Of a DNA stretch of 64,000 nucleotides, positions 38,602 through 48,314 are shown in pieces. The notes under the pieces were generated by a model. It was not told the origin of the DNA. It saw only the letters and a list, made by a program, of their open reading frames with translations, and ran no database searches. Within the stretch, counting starts at the first letter, position 1. Each line of letters opens with the position of its first letter. Source of the DNA: Candidatus Omnitrophota bacterium (GTDB lineage: Bacteria > Omnitrophota > Gorgyraeia > Zapsychrales > Zapsychraceae); the NCBI GenBank assembly GCA_028280285.1, contig JANQMA010000044.1:1521-65520 (forward strand), in the 5' to 3' direction. Made by a program: the position numbers and the translations under genes.

Positions 38602-41037
38602 ATGAAAAGAGTCGATACACATGTCCATACTGAGTATTCCAATGAGCCGTCTGAATGGTTTTTGCGTCAAACAGGTATGAATGAAAGCTATGTTCCGGTT
38701 GAGGAGGCCTATCGTCTGGCCAAATCCAACGGGATGGACTATGTTGTTATTACAGACCATAACACGATTGACGGGGCCTTGGCTCTCAATAAGCTCCATC
38801 CGGAAGATACCTTTATTGGGGTGGAAGTCACCACCGAATTTCCGGAAAATGGCTGTAAAATGCACATCCTTGTCTTTGATATTACCGAAGAACAATTTGC
38901 GCACATCCAGAAAATACGAGGCAATATTTACACTTTTCGTGACTACATAATTGCTGAAAATATTGCCTATTCTGTCGCCCATGCCACTTTTGCGGTTAAT
39001 TGCAGCTTAAGTATGGAAGTGCTTGAAAAATTGATTCTTATGTTTGATGTCTTTGAGGGGATTAATGGGGCGCGTAATCCTTATTTTAATGAAAGCTGGA
39101 TGAAGGCGCTCACACAGCTGACACCGGCCGATATTGCCCGGCTTTACGCCAAATATAAAATTGCGCCTATGAGCCCGGATCCGTGGATCAAAGGGTTTAC
39201 CGGGGGGACGGATGATCATGCCGCGCTTTATATAGGAGAGACCTGGACAGGATGTGAGGCTAATTCAAAGGAAGAGTTTATCCAAAAACTGAAAGATAAA
39301 AAGACATTTGCCTCGGGCCGGCACAATGACTTTAAAGGCATGGCCTATACATTTTCAAAAATCCTTCACCAGGCTTCAGAAAATGGGCTCGCAAAAAAGA
39401 AAGATGAGAACATTTTCAAAATTGTAAGCAACTTAATTTTTAACGGCAGTCGTCCGAGTATGAAACAATCTTACGGTATTCACCGGATGAAATTCAGCCG
39501 TAAAAAGAAAAACAGAATACTGGCCAAATTCATCGATCAGCTCGATACGGATTTGCAAGACATAAAAGATCTGCATGTCGAGGATAAGATCGATTGCATT
39601 TATGATAATTTATCAAACTTGTGCGACGATTTGTTAAAACATTTTGTGACCAAGTCTCAAAAAGACATTGCGGCCGGTGATCTATTCAAATTTGTAAACA
39701 GTATTTCTTCACTGCTGCCTATTGCCTATTTGACGGCGCCGTTTGCCACAACAAGCAAACTGCTTAATCAAGACAGGGAGCTTCTCGAGGAATTCCGCAG
39801 TCAATATATAGAAGACGAGCCGAATGAAGGCAAACGCGTTTATTGGTTTACCGATACATTGATTGATCTCAATGGTGTTTCGGTAACAATCAATAATATG
39901 TATCAATGTGCCAAAAAATATAATGTCGGGCTTAAAATCGTAACCTCTAATCCAAACATAACCGTTGAGGATGACTTAAAAGATGAGATTATTAATTTAC
40001 CGACAATCACATCCATCAAGCCGGGGTTTTACGAAACATACACACTGCATATCCCATCAATCCTAAAATCGATTGAGAAAATTTGTGAATTAAATCCGGA
40101 TGAAATCATTATATCTACGCCGGGAACGGTTGGTCTCATCGGGCTTTTAGCGGCCAAGATATTAGGGATTAAATGCACAGGCATTTATCATTCCGATTTC
40201 GGCGCGCAGGCAAACTATTTGCTCGGAAGTGGATTTACAGCGACGACTGTCGAGAAATATACACATTGGTTTTATAAACAATTAGACAAAATCCGTGTGC
40301 CGACGCATGAGTATATTGACATACTTTCCGCCCAGGGATTTGAGGGAAAAGAAATGAAAAAGTTCAAACGCGGTATTAATACCGATCTATTCGCGTACAA
40401 CACATCTTTTGAAAATGAGGTTCGCAAAAAATACGGCATCAAAGACGGTTTTACCATGATTTATGCCGGACGTGTGAGTAAAGACAAGAGTGTTGATTTT
40501 CTTTCTAAAATCTACAAAGGTGTTTGCCGCAATTATAAAAAAGCAAACCTTATTGTCGCCGGAAACGGCCCGGAGTTAGAGTGGCTTAAAGAAGATCTGA
40601 AAGATTATCCACGCGTGGTTTTTACCGGGAGTATTGAGCGAACGGAATTGACCAAGCTTTATTCTTTTGCCGATCTTTTGGTTTTTCCAAGTACGACAGA
40701 TACATTTGGTATGGTTGTCTTAGAAGCGCAAAGTTGCGGACTGCCGGCGCTTGTTTCGGATCAAGGCGGACCGCAGGAAATTATAAAGAAGCGTGCGACA
40801 GGCCAAGTTATTCCTGCCAATAATTTGTATGAATGGATTGGGCAGATTCTTGAGTTTATTTATCTGTGCGATAATCATCCGGATAAATACATGTTAATCA
40901 GAAAAGAGACACGTAATTGGATTAAAGATAATTATTCCTGGGAAAAGGCATTAGAAGATTTACTTAATGTTTCTATTTTACCGGAAGGGCCGTCGCGTCC
41001 GTCACGTATTTCACTCATCGATGATCCAGTTATTTAA
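38602..41037 (+). CDS. PHP-domain (polymerase/histidinol-phosphatase metal hydrolase) fused to family-4 (GT-B) glycosyltransferase
   Basis: N-terminal HVHTEYSNEPSE...VVITDHN PHP motifs. C-terminal GT4 motifs (GRVSKDKSVD, FVFPSTTDTFGMVVLEAQSCGLPALVSDQGGPQEII). SD GAGGAGGA. Confidence 0.75.
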   Translation: MKRVDTHVHTEYSNEPSEWFLRQTGMNESYVPVEEAYRLAKSNGMDYVVITDHNTIDGALALNKLHPEDTFIGVEVTTEFPENGCKMHILVFDITEEQFAHIQKIRGNIYTFRDYIIAENIAYSVAHATFAVNCSLSMEVLEKLILMFDVFEGINGARNPYFNESWMKALTQLTPADIARLYAKYKIAPMSPDPWIKGFTGGTDDHAALYIGETWTGCEANSKEEFIQKLKDKKTFASGRHNDFKGMAYTFSKILHQASENGLAKKKDENIFKIVSNLIFNGSRPSMKQSYGIHRMKFSRKKKNRILAKFIDQLDTDLQDIKDLHVEDKIDCIYDNLSNLCDDLLKHFVTKSQKDIAAGDLFKFVNSISSLLPIAYLTAPFATTSKLLNQDRELLEEFRSQYIEDEPNEGKRVYWFTDTLIDLNGVSVTINNMYQCAKKYNVGLKIVTSNPNITVEDDLKDEIINLPTITSIKPGFYETYTLHIPSILKSIEKICELNPDEIIISTPGTVGLIGLLAAKILGIKCTGIYHSDFGAQANYLLGSGFTATTVEKYTHWFYKQLDKIRVPTHEYIDILSAQGFEGKEMKKFKRGINTDLFAYNTSFENEVRKKYGIKDGFTMIYAGRVSKDKSVDFLSKIYKGVCRNYKKANLIVAGNGPELEWLKEDLKDYPRVVFTGSIERTELTKLYSFADLLVFPSTTDTFGMVVLEAQSCGLPALVSDQGGPQEIIKKRATGQVIPANNLYEWIGQILEFIYLCDNHPDKYMLIRKETRNWIKDNYSWEKALEDLLNVSILPEGPSRPSRISLIDDPVI

Positions 41038-41042
41038 TTACA

Positions 41043-41120
41043 TGTTGTTTGTTGTTCGTTGATGGTTGTTGGCGGATTTGATTCTAACAACAAACAACTA
41101 ACAACCAACAACTAAAATAA
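41043..41120. repeat. G/T-rich vs A/C-rich palindromic element between GT4 and radical-SAM genes
   Basis: GTTGTTTGTTGTTCGTTGATGGTTGTTGG...CTAACAACAAACAACTAACAACCAACAAC, with flanking CATGTT/AACATG. Confidence 0.65.
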
Positions 41121-41122
41121 AC

Positions 41123-42403
41123 ATGTCACTTCAAGCAGAACTTTCCAAAGTTTTCCTGTTTAGCCAGAATAAAATTCCCGGCCAGTTGATTATTCAAATC
41201 ACCGACCATTGCAATGCCACCTGTCCGCAGTGCGGTATGCGCAAGACCGCTGAGTTTCGCCGTTCTAAACTTGATATAGATCAAATCAAACGTTATATCG
41301 ACAAGGCCGTTGAGAATGGTGTGGAGGCAATGTCGTTTACCGGCGGTGAGCCGATGTTGTTTTTAAATGACTTGGTTGAGATGATCAACTATGCTGGGGC
41401 CGCCGGGATTAAATATATTCGCACCGGCACGAATGGATATCTGTTACGCAAAGGTAAAAGCAAGGATGAATTTGATACACGCATTAAACGGGTCGTTGAA
41501 AAGATTGTGTCAACGCCTGTGCGTAATTTTTGGATTAGCATTGATTCGGCGTGTTTTGATACCCATGAACGGATGCGCGGGTTTGACGGACTAATTGAGG
41601 GTATCGCAATGGCAGTGCCGCTTTTTCATGAAGCCGGATTATACCCTTCAGCTAATTTAGGGATTAACCGTAATCTTGGCGGCGCCGTTACAGAATCTTT
41701 ATGGAGCGAAGATCCGGATGATGAAGAGCATCTTGATAAATTTTATATCGAATTTAAAGATGCGTTTGATCAGTTTTATCGCACGGTGATCGATATGGGA
41801 TTTTCTATTGTGAATATGTGTTATCCGATGAGTGTGCCGGAAGGCGGGACAGATCTTCAATCTGTGTATACTGCAACGTCGATTGATAAGATTGTCAATT
41901 TCTCAAGAGGGGAGCGGCTTAAGCTTTTTACGGCGCTTATTGATACTGTGCCCAAGTACCGTTCGCAAATTCGTATTTTTACCCCTATGAGTTCACTGTA
42001 TACGCTTAAAAAACAATATGAAGATGATGCTTACGAGGCAGGCTATCCTTGCCGCGGCGGCATTGACTTTTTCTTTGTGGACTCCCAGGATGGGCAGACC
42101 TATCCATGCGGCTTTCGCGGCAATGAGAGCTTTGGCGAGTACGACAAGCTTGATATGGAGACTATTGACCGCAATGCCTTTTGCACGAAATGCGATTGGG
42201 AGTGCTTCAGAGATCCATCGGTGCTTTTCGGCCCTTTTATTGAAGGAGTCCGCCAGCCCCTGCAGCTTTTGCGGAAATTCAGCAATAGGCGTGAGTTTCT
42301 TGATCTGTGGCGCAAGGATCTTGCCTACTATGAGTCCTGCGACCTTTTTGATGGCCGTAAGCCAATCAGTTACAATGCGTTAAGAAAATTTAACCTTTCT
42401 TAA
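41123..42403 (+). CDS. Radical SAM enzyme with C-terminal Cys-rich (SPASM/twitch-like) region
   Basis: CNATCPQC is the CX3CX2C motif. Additional Cys clusters (PCRGG...PCGF, CTKCDWEC) may bind an auxiliary cluster. Confidence 0.75.
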   Translation: MSLQAELSKVFLFSQNKIPGQLIIQITDHCNATCPQCGMRKTAEFRRSKLDIDQIKRYIDKAVENGVEAMSFTGGEPMLFLNDLVEMINYAGAAGIKYIRTGTNGYLLRKGKSKDEFDTRIKRVVEKIVSTPVRNFWISIDSACFDTHERMRGFDGLIEGIAMAVPLFHEAGLYPSANLGINRNLGGAVTESLWSEDPDDEEHLDKFYIEFKDAFDQFYRTVIDMGFSIVNMCYPMSVPEGGTDLQSVYTATSIDKIVNFSRGERLKLFTALIDTVPKYRSQIRIFTPMSSLYTLKKQYEDDAYEAGYPCRGGIDFFFVDSQDGQTYPCGFRGNESFGEYDKLDMETIDRNAFCTKCDWECFRDPSVLFGPFIEGVRQPLQLLRKFSNRREFLDLWRKDLAYYESCDLFDGRKPISYNALRKFNLS

Positions 42404-42489
42404 ACCCACTCTATTTTATTATCTTGAAAGATTTTTCTCCTTGGGCTAATATATATCTTCATATTAAAAAGCTAAAGAAAGGCCTTTGA

Positions 42490-42657
42490 ATGGATATTTT
42501 GAAAATTATCTTGTGCATCTTTCTTCCACCAGTTGCCGCATATCTGCAAGTTGGTGTATCCACACACTTGTGGATCAATATTGCTTTGACTATTTGCGGT
42601 GGTTTTCCCGGAATGATTCATGCATTGTGGCTTGTATTAGGTAAGAAAACAGCTTAA
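42490..42657 (+). CDS. YqaE/Pmp3 (UPF0057) stress-induced membrane proteolipid, 55 aa (below the ORF-track cutoff)
   Basis: MDILKIILCIFLPPVAAYLQVGVSTHLWINIALTICGGFPGMIHALWLVLGK matches the Pmp3 family. The stop overlaps the next start (TAATG). Confidence 0.75.
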   Translation: MDILKIILCIFLPPVAAYLQVGVSTHLWINIALTICGGFPGMIHALWLVLGKKTA

Positions 42658-43247
42658 TGACAAATTTAGGTTTGCTTAGTCTTGCGCTCGGCAGTTCATG
42701 GACCTCGGGGATTAACCTGTATTTGACAGTTGCCATTTTGGGGATTTCCGATCGTTTGGGGTATATTGAGCTTCCGGGCGGGCTTGAAGTATTTTCTCAC
42801 CCGCTGGTTATTGCTGTTGCTGTTATCCTTTATTTGATCGAATTTTTTGCCGATAAGGCGCCCTATGTCGATTCAGCCTGGGATTCAGTACACACATTTA
42901 TTCGTCCTCTGGGAGGGCTCGCGATCGGTGTTTTGGCCTTTAGTGAGGCCGCACCGCATATTCAAGTCGCCGTGGGGCTACTCACGGGGACGCTGGCCCT
43001 TGAATCGCATATGGCCAAGGCAACGACACGCGCCGCGATTAATACATCGCCTGAACCGGTCACGAACGTCAGTGCCAGTGTGGTGGAAGATGCCTCTGTT
43101 GCCGGAGTGTTGTATTTAATCATTCAACATCCGCTAATCGCTTTTTTTGTGATTATCGCGCTGATTGTTATGAGTGCTTTTATCATCCGGTTTTTCTTCC
43201 GGTTTGTGAAAAATATTTTTAGTCGTCGTAAAACAAATAAAGGATAA
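42657..43247 (+). CDS. DUF4126-family membrane protein
   Basis: GINLYLTVAILGI...FFADKAPYVDSAWD is typical of DUF4126. Confidence 0.6.
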   Translation: MTNLGLLSLALGSSWTSGINLYLTVAILGISDRLGYIELPGGLEVFSHPLVIAVAVILYLIEFFADKAPYVDSAWDSVHTFIRPLGGLAIGVLAFSEAAPHIQVAVGLLTGTLALESHMAKATTRAAINTSPEPVTNVSASVVEDASVAGVLYLIIQHPLIAFFVIIALIVMSAFIIRFFFRFVKNIFSRRKTNKG

Positions 43248-43249
43248 AC

Positions 43250-44785
43250 ATGCGTGCAGCTGTTATAGATATTGGATCCAATTCAACAAAATTAATTGTT
43301 GGGCAGACTAAAGGTAATTCTGTTGAGATCCTTGATTCACTTAAAAATGTCATTCCGATAGGGCGCAGCACATTTTATCAAGGTAGAATTTCTCAGGAAG
43401 TTTTTAATAATGTCATCCATGTTCTTTTGAAATATAAACGGATTATTAAAGAATATGGGATAGAGGCCCCCAAAGTCATTGCCACAACGGCCGTTCGTGA
43501 GGCGGTCAACCGCGATATTTTTCTCGATACAATTCTGCGTAAAACAGGTTTAAGTGTCGAGGTCCTCAATGTCGGGGATGTTGTTTATTACATTGATACA
43601 TTTTTGTCTTACAAGTTAGAAAAGACGTACCCGATCAATGAAAAAAATCTTTTGATCGCGGAGTTGGGTGCGGGGAGTCTGGATATCTCCATTATGGAGA
43701 AGGGCTTTACACTAATGAATATTGGTTTACCGATTGGAACATCACGCATAAAACAGTTTAAGACTAAAGTGGAGGGAAGCCAAAAGCAGCGTTACACAGC
43801 GCTTGAAGAATACGTGGATAATGAAATTACTCATCTTAAACGAAATTTCTCTCGTATTAAAATTGATGACGTTGTTTTGATAGATGACACATATTCACAG
43901 TATCTGCACCGCATTTTGCCTAATAAGAATAGAAAGAATGTCTTTTTTTCGTTTCAACATAATGAAGCGCAGAGACTCTATAAAAAAATTACGGAAATGA
44001 CAACCGAGGAGCTTGTTGAAAAGCATCAAATACCGGCCGAATCGATCGATGCGATTGACGGCTATGCGATTCTTTTGAAAAAACTTTTTAATCTCGTTAA
44101 GAAAAGATCGTTTTACATTTTAGAAACGTCGCTATCCGAGGCACTTATATCGGATACGTTGCTCGGTCTTAATCTCGACAATAAATTCAGCAAAGAAGCG
44201 CAGCTGGAATCCGTCGCCCAGTTTCTTTGTAAAAAATTTGACGCTGATCTTAGGCATGCCAAACATGTTGTTTATTTATGCGAAAAACTTTTTGAGCAGT
44301 GTCAAAAGTTTTTAGGATTAGAGCAGGGGGATCTTCTTTATCTAAAATTAGCGGCGTATTTACATAATATCGGACGTTTGGTCAATAACCGGGGACATCA
44401 CAAGCATGCCGAATATATTATTTCATCTCTTAATTTGTTCCGGTTAACACAACAGGAGATTAATGTGATCGCTTGTGTGGCGCGTTATCACCGCAAGGCT
44501 ATTCCACAAAAGTCGCATATTTTATTTAATACGCTGTCAACCGAACAGAAGCTCCTGGTGCACAAGCTCTCCGGTCTTCTGCGCCTGGCTAATGCATTGG
44601 ATGCTTCACACCGGCAGAAGGTTGAAAATTTGGATGTTGCTTTCAGTAAGCAAAGAGATATCACCATTACGGTGTATACGAAAAAGGATTTAAGTCTCGA
44701 GAAAGTCTATGTGGATGATGCGCGTAGACTCATTGAAGATATTTCGGGATTGAAAATGAATTTGATTACAAAAAGAGAGGTTTAG
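43250..44785 (+). CDS. ppx: Exopolyphosphatase / guanosine pentaphosphate phosphohydrolase (Ppx/GppA) with C-terminal HD domain
   Basis: AVIDIGSNSTKLIV at the N-terminus. HD motif (HNIGRLVNNRGHHKH). Confidence 0.85.
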   Translation: MRAAVIDIGSNSTKLIVGQTKGNSVEILDSLKNVIPIGRSTFYQGRISQEVFNNVIHVLLKYKRIIKEYGIEAPKVIATTAVREAVNRDIFLDTILRKTGLSVEVLNVGDVVYYIDTFLSYKLEKTYPINEKNLLIAELGAGSLDISIMEKGFTLMNIGLPIGTSRIKQFKTKVEGSQKQRYTALEEYVDNEITHLKRNFSRIKIDDVVLIDDTYSQYLHRILPNKNRKNVFFSFQHNEAQRLYKKITEMTTEELVEKHQIPAESIDAIDGYAILLKKLFNLVKKRSFYILETSLSEALISDTLLGLNLDNKFSKEAQLESVAQFLCKKFDADLRHAKHVVYLCEKLFEQCQKFLGLEQGDLLYLKLAAYLHNIGRLVNNRGHHKHAEYIISSLNLFRLTQQEINVIACVARYHRKAIPQKSHILFNTLSTEQKLLVHKLSGLLRLANALDASHRQKVENLDVAFSKQRDITITVYTKKDLSLEKVYVDDARRLIEDISGLKMNLITKREV

Positions 44786-46816
44786 GTGAAAGTTAAGTTA
44801 AACGAGCGTGAACGGTTTATTGCGCGAGATATAAGCTGGCTAAAGTTTAATCAAAGAGTGCTGGAAGAGTCTGAAGACCGCAATAACCCACTTCTTGAGC
44901 GTGCACGGTTTTTGGCTATTTGTGTGAATAACCTCGACGAGTTTTTGATGGTTCGGCTTGCCGGCCTTAAAGATATTATTGCCTCCGGGTTTAACCGCAA
45001 AGATAAATTCGGCTATTACCCTCAAGAACTGCTTAAGGAACTCAAGGAAGAAGTAAAGGTCCAGCTCGAGCAATTTTATAAAGTCTATCATGGAAGAGTC
45101 CTTAAAAGTTTTGAAAAAAATGATATTCATTTGTGTCGGTACAAGGATTTAAATAAACAGCAGCGGGCGGCAGCCGATGAGTATTTTGAGTCTACACTTT
45201 ATCCGATGATCACACCGATGGGGGTTGATCCGGGCCATCCTTTTCCGGTTTTATCGTCTAAAACGCTGTCCTTTGCCGTTGTTTTAAAGAAACAAAAAAA
45301 AGAATACCTGGCGATTGTGCCTGTACCGAAGTCTGTGCCACGTGTGTTTCTTCTACCGCAGAAAGAGTCGGAGTATAGTTTTATTTTAATCGATGAAATT
45401 ATTCGTCATAATCTAAAACGCTTCTTTAAAGGGTATACGATTAAATCTTTGTCTTTGTTTCGTGTTATTCGTAATAGTGAGCTGGATGTTGAGGAGGAGT
45501 TTACTCCGAATCTTTTGCATTCCATTGATCAAGAGGTTAAAAAACGTGTCCGTTCCAATGTAGTCTATCTTGAAGTGGATAAGCATTGTTCTGATGAGCT
45601 ATTGGAGGTGTTGGCCGAAGGCCTTGACTTTCCTGTCGAAGATGCCACGGTGATCGACGGGCCGCTCGATTTGACCTTCCTCTTTGATTTGATCAAAAAT
45701 GTTGATAAGCCGGAGTTTTTTTATCCGAGTTATGTCCGGAAACAATTAGACTATGAAAACATTTTTGAAAAGATCAAAGAAAAAGATTTTATTTTACATG
45801 TGCCGTATGATTCATTTGATCCAACAGTTGATTTGATTCAGACGGCAGCGCGTGATGTGGATGTCCTTGCCATTAAGATGACGCTTTATCGAACAAGTAA
45901 AGACTCGCCTATTGTCGAGGCGTTAAAAGAGGCGGCCCTTAATAACAAAATTGTCACGGTTTTGGTTGAGATAAAGGCAAGATTTGATGAACAGAATAAT
46001 ATCCGTTGGGTGCGTGAACTGGAGGATGCCGGATGCCATGTAATTTATGGTATTCCCGGGTTTAAGGTGCATGCTAAGATGACACTTGTTATTCGCCGTG
46101 AAGAAGAGCATATTAAGCGTTATGTTCATCTGTCGACCGGAAATTATAATGAAAACACATCTAAAGTCTATACGGACATCGGTTACTTTACGGCCAATGA
46201 AGATTTTGCCAGCGACATTTCCGAGATCTTTAATGTGGTCACCGGTTATTCTAATTCCACACCTTCAGGGAGACTGATTACATCCCCCAATGATATGCGC
46301 GATTATATTAGCGGCTTGATTGAGCAGGAAATTAAATATCATAAAAAATTTAAAAACGGACATATAAAAATCAAATTAAATTCGATTGAAGATACCAAAA
46401 TGATCGATAAATTGTATAAAGCTTCGTGCGAAGGGGTTAAAATCGAATTGATTGTGCGGGGGATTTGCTGTTTGATTCCGGGTTTGAAGGGAGTTAGTGA
46501 TAATATAAAGGTTAAGAGTCTGGTCGGAAGATTTCTGGAGCACACCCGGATATTTACGTTTAATAATAATGGCGAGCCGCGCGTGTTTCTTTCATCGGCT
46601 GATTTTATGAAACGCAATCTCGATAGGCGTATTGAGCTTTTATTTGAGATAACGACCGAGGATATAAAACAAAATATTATAGACATTATTGATGTTGCGT
46701 GGAAAGATACTCTAAAGACGCGTTGGTTAGATAAGACACGTGATTATAAACGACTGCAGCAAATTAAGCATAAGATCAATGCGCATGATGAATTTATCAG
46801 GCGGTATGCTGAGTAA
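44786..46816 (+). CDS. ppk: Polyphosphate kinase 1
   Basis: RFIARDISWLKFNQRVLEE, two PLD-like HKD-type domains and full length (676 aa). GTG start abuts the ppx stop. Confidence 0.9.
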   Translation: MKVKLNERERFIARDISWLKFNQRVLEESEDRNNPLLERARFLAICVNNLDEFLMVRLAGLKDIIASGFNRKDKFGYYPQELLKELKEEVKVQLEQFYKVYHGRVLKSFEKNDIHLCRYKDLNKQQRAAADEYFESTLYPMITPMGVDPGHPFPVLSSKTLSFAVVLKKQKKEYLAIVPVPKSVPRVFLLPQKESEYSFILIDEIIRHNLKRFFKGYTIKSLSLFRVIRNSELDVEEEFTPNLLHSIDQEVKKRVRSNVVYLEVDKHCSDELLEVLAEGLDFPVEDATVIDGPLDLTFLFDLIKNVDKPEFFYPSYVRKQLDYENIFEKIKEKDFILHVPYDSFDPTVDLIQTAARDVDVLAIKMTLYRTSKDSPIVEALKEAALNNKIVTVLVEIKARFDEQNNIRWVRELEDAGCHVIYGIPGFKVHAKMTLVIRREEEHIKRYVHLSTGNYNENTSKVYTDIGYFTANEDFASDISEIFNVVTGYSNSTPSGRLITSPNDMRDYISGLIEQEIKYHKKFKNGHIKIKLNSIEDTKMIDKLYKASCEGVKIELIVRGICCLIPGLKGVSDNIKVKSLVGRFLEHTRIFTFNNNGEPRVFLSSADFMKRNLDRRIELLFEITTEDIKQNIIDIIDVAWKDTLKTRWLDKTRDYKRLQQIKHKINAHDEFIRRYAE

Positions 46817-46850
46817 AATTTTTAAATGTGAAATGCAAAAAATAGCAATA

Positions 46851-46931
46851 TCGTATTTGGTAGTTAGTAATTAGTAATTTGTTGACAAGGTTTTTTGCCA
46901 ATTACCAACTACTAATTACTAAATACCAAAA
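46851..46931. repeat. Palindromic TAGTAATTAGTA-unit element after ppk
   Basis: GGTAGTTAGTAATTAGTAATTTGTTG...CCAATTACCAACTACTAATTACTAAATACC. Confidence 0.65.
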
Positions 46932-46976
46932 GTCTTTTTCGAGTTTTTACTGTGTAGCGGATAGGGAAAGTTACTT

Positions 46977-48314
46977 ATGAAGAAATATTACATCGGTGTT
47001 GATGTAGGGGGAACAAAAATTGCAGCGGCTTTGGTTGAAAGAGCTGGTCAGATTGTTTTACAAGATAAAGTTCCAACGCTGCAAAATGGCAAGCCCGAAG
47101 AGATATATCAACAAATCGTTTCGATTATTGGTTCCCTCCTCAAAGAGGCGAAAATTAAAAAAGAACAGTTAAAAGGTATTGGTATTGGCATTCCGGGCGT
47201 CATTAGCGCTGATCATCGCGATATTAAGGCCGCTCCCAATATTAATCTCACGGGATTTCCTCTCACCGTTTCTTTAGAAAAGGAATACGCAACCGCGGTT
47301 GCTTTGGGTAATGATGTTAATTTAGGTTTACTGGGTGAGATGTGGCTTGGCGCAGGAGGCGATACGCGTAATCTCATCGGAATATTTCCCGGGACCGGTG
47401 TTGGCGGAGCGATTATTGTTAATGGTTATTTAGTCACAGGGGCCCAAGGCGCGGCAGGCGAATTAGGGCATATGATTATCAATCAGTCGAGTAAGAAGTC
47501 CAGTGCCGGAATCAAAGGTACAGTTGAGGCGTTGGCCTCACGACGGGCCATCGAGCGTGATATCCGTGCAGCCGTACGTAATGGCGAGAAGACGGTTGTG
47601 ACCGATCTTTTAGATGGAAGCCTTGCGCAGATTAAGAGTAAGGTTATTGCTGAAGCGCTTAAACTGAAAGATGAAGTGGTGATGCGTGTGATTGATGATG
47701 TTTGTCAGACACTCGCTGACACATGCATTTCCATGCGTCATGCGCTTAATCCGGATAAGATTATTTTTGGCGGCGGACTAATCGAAGCCTGTGGTCATTA
47801 TATGATCCCACGTATTCAGAAGATATCGGACCGCAGTCCTTTTTTCAAAAGGATCGACAATTGTAAAATTGTCGCATCCTATTTAGGCGATGATGCCGTT
47901 CTTCTCGGTGGTGTTTATTTTATTCAGCAAATCTTAGGTGAGAAAATTTCAAGTGTTGATGCTTATTACCCCCATGTTGAATTAAAGGATAAAAATGTAG
48001 TAATCGATAAAAAGAATTATAAGGAAAGTATTTATGTGAGAGCCGATACCAAGGTGCGTTCTATTGAAAGCGAAGGTGATTTTAATAAATTTCGCAAGTC
48101 CAATAAAATTGATGTTGCGGCGATAAGCAAGATATGTAAAAAACATCCGGAGTTTGTGATTATTGCGACCAATGGTTCGCCTGTGCGGGTTACAAAGAAA
48201 GCAGAGAAGTGGCTTATTGGGCAGACGATTAACTATAGAATTGCCCCGATGGCGCAAGCCATTGATTTATACAACACGATTAAGAAGAGAAAAGTGTTAG
48301 TCGTTAAGCATTAG
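46977..48314 (+). CDS. ROK-family sugar kinase (possible polyphosphate/ATP glucokinase) with about 130-aa C-terminal extension
   Basis: YIGVDVGGTKIAAAL and ROK Zn-site region (GELGHM). Located immediately downstream of ppx-ppk. Confidence 0.7.
   Translation: MKKYYIGVDVGGTKIAAALVERAGQIVLQDKVPTLQNGKPEEIYQQIVSIIGSLLKEAKIKKEQLKGIGIGIPGVISADHRDIKAAPNINLTGFPLTVSLEKEYATAVALGNDVNLGLLGEMWLGAGGDTRNLIGIFPGTGVGGAIIVNGYLVTGAQGAAGELGHMIINQSSKKSSAGIKGTVEALASRRAIERDIRAAVRNGEKTVVTDLLDGSLAQIKSKVIAEALKLKDEVVMRVIDDVCQTLADTCISMRHALNPDKIIFGGGLIEACGHYMIPRIQKISDRSPFFKRIDNCKIVASYLGDDAVLLGGVYFIQQILGEKISSVDAYYPHVELKDKNVVIDKKNYKESIYVRADTKVRSIESEGDFNKFRKSNKIDVAAISKICKKHPEFVIIATNGSPVRVTKKAEKWLIGQTINYRIAPMAQAIDLYNTIKKRKVLVVKH

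Noticed and set aside
38210-38982. Minus-strand ORFs (108 aa and 177 aa) across the 38.2-38.6 kb gap and into the PHP-GT gene
   Set aside because: They run through the long palindromic elements and antisense to the PHP domain. No homology signal or RBS. The region is better explained as structured non-coding DNA.
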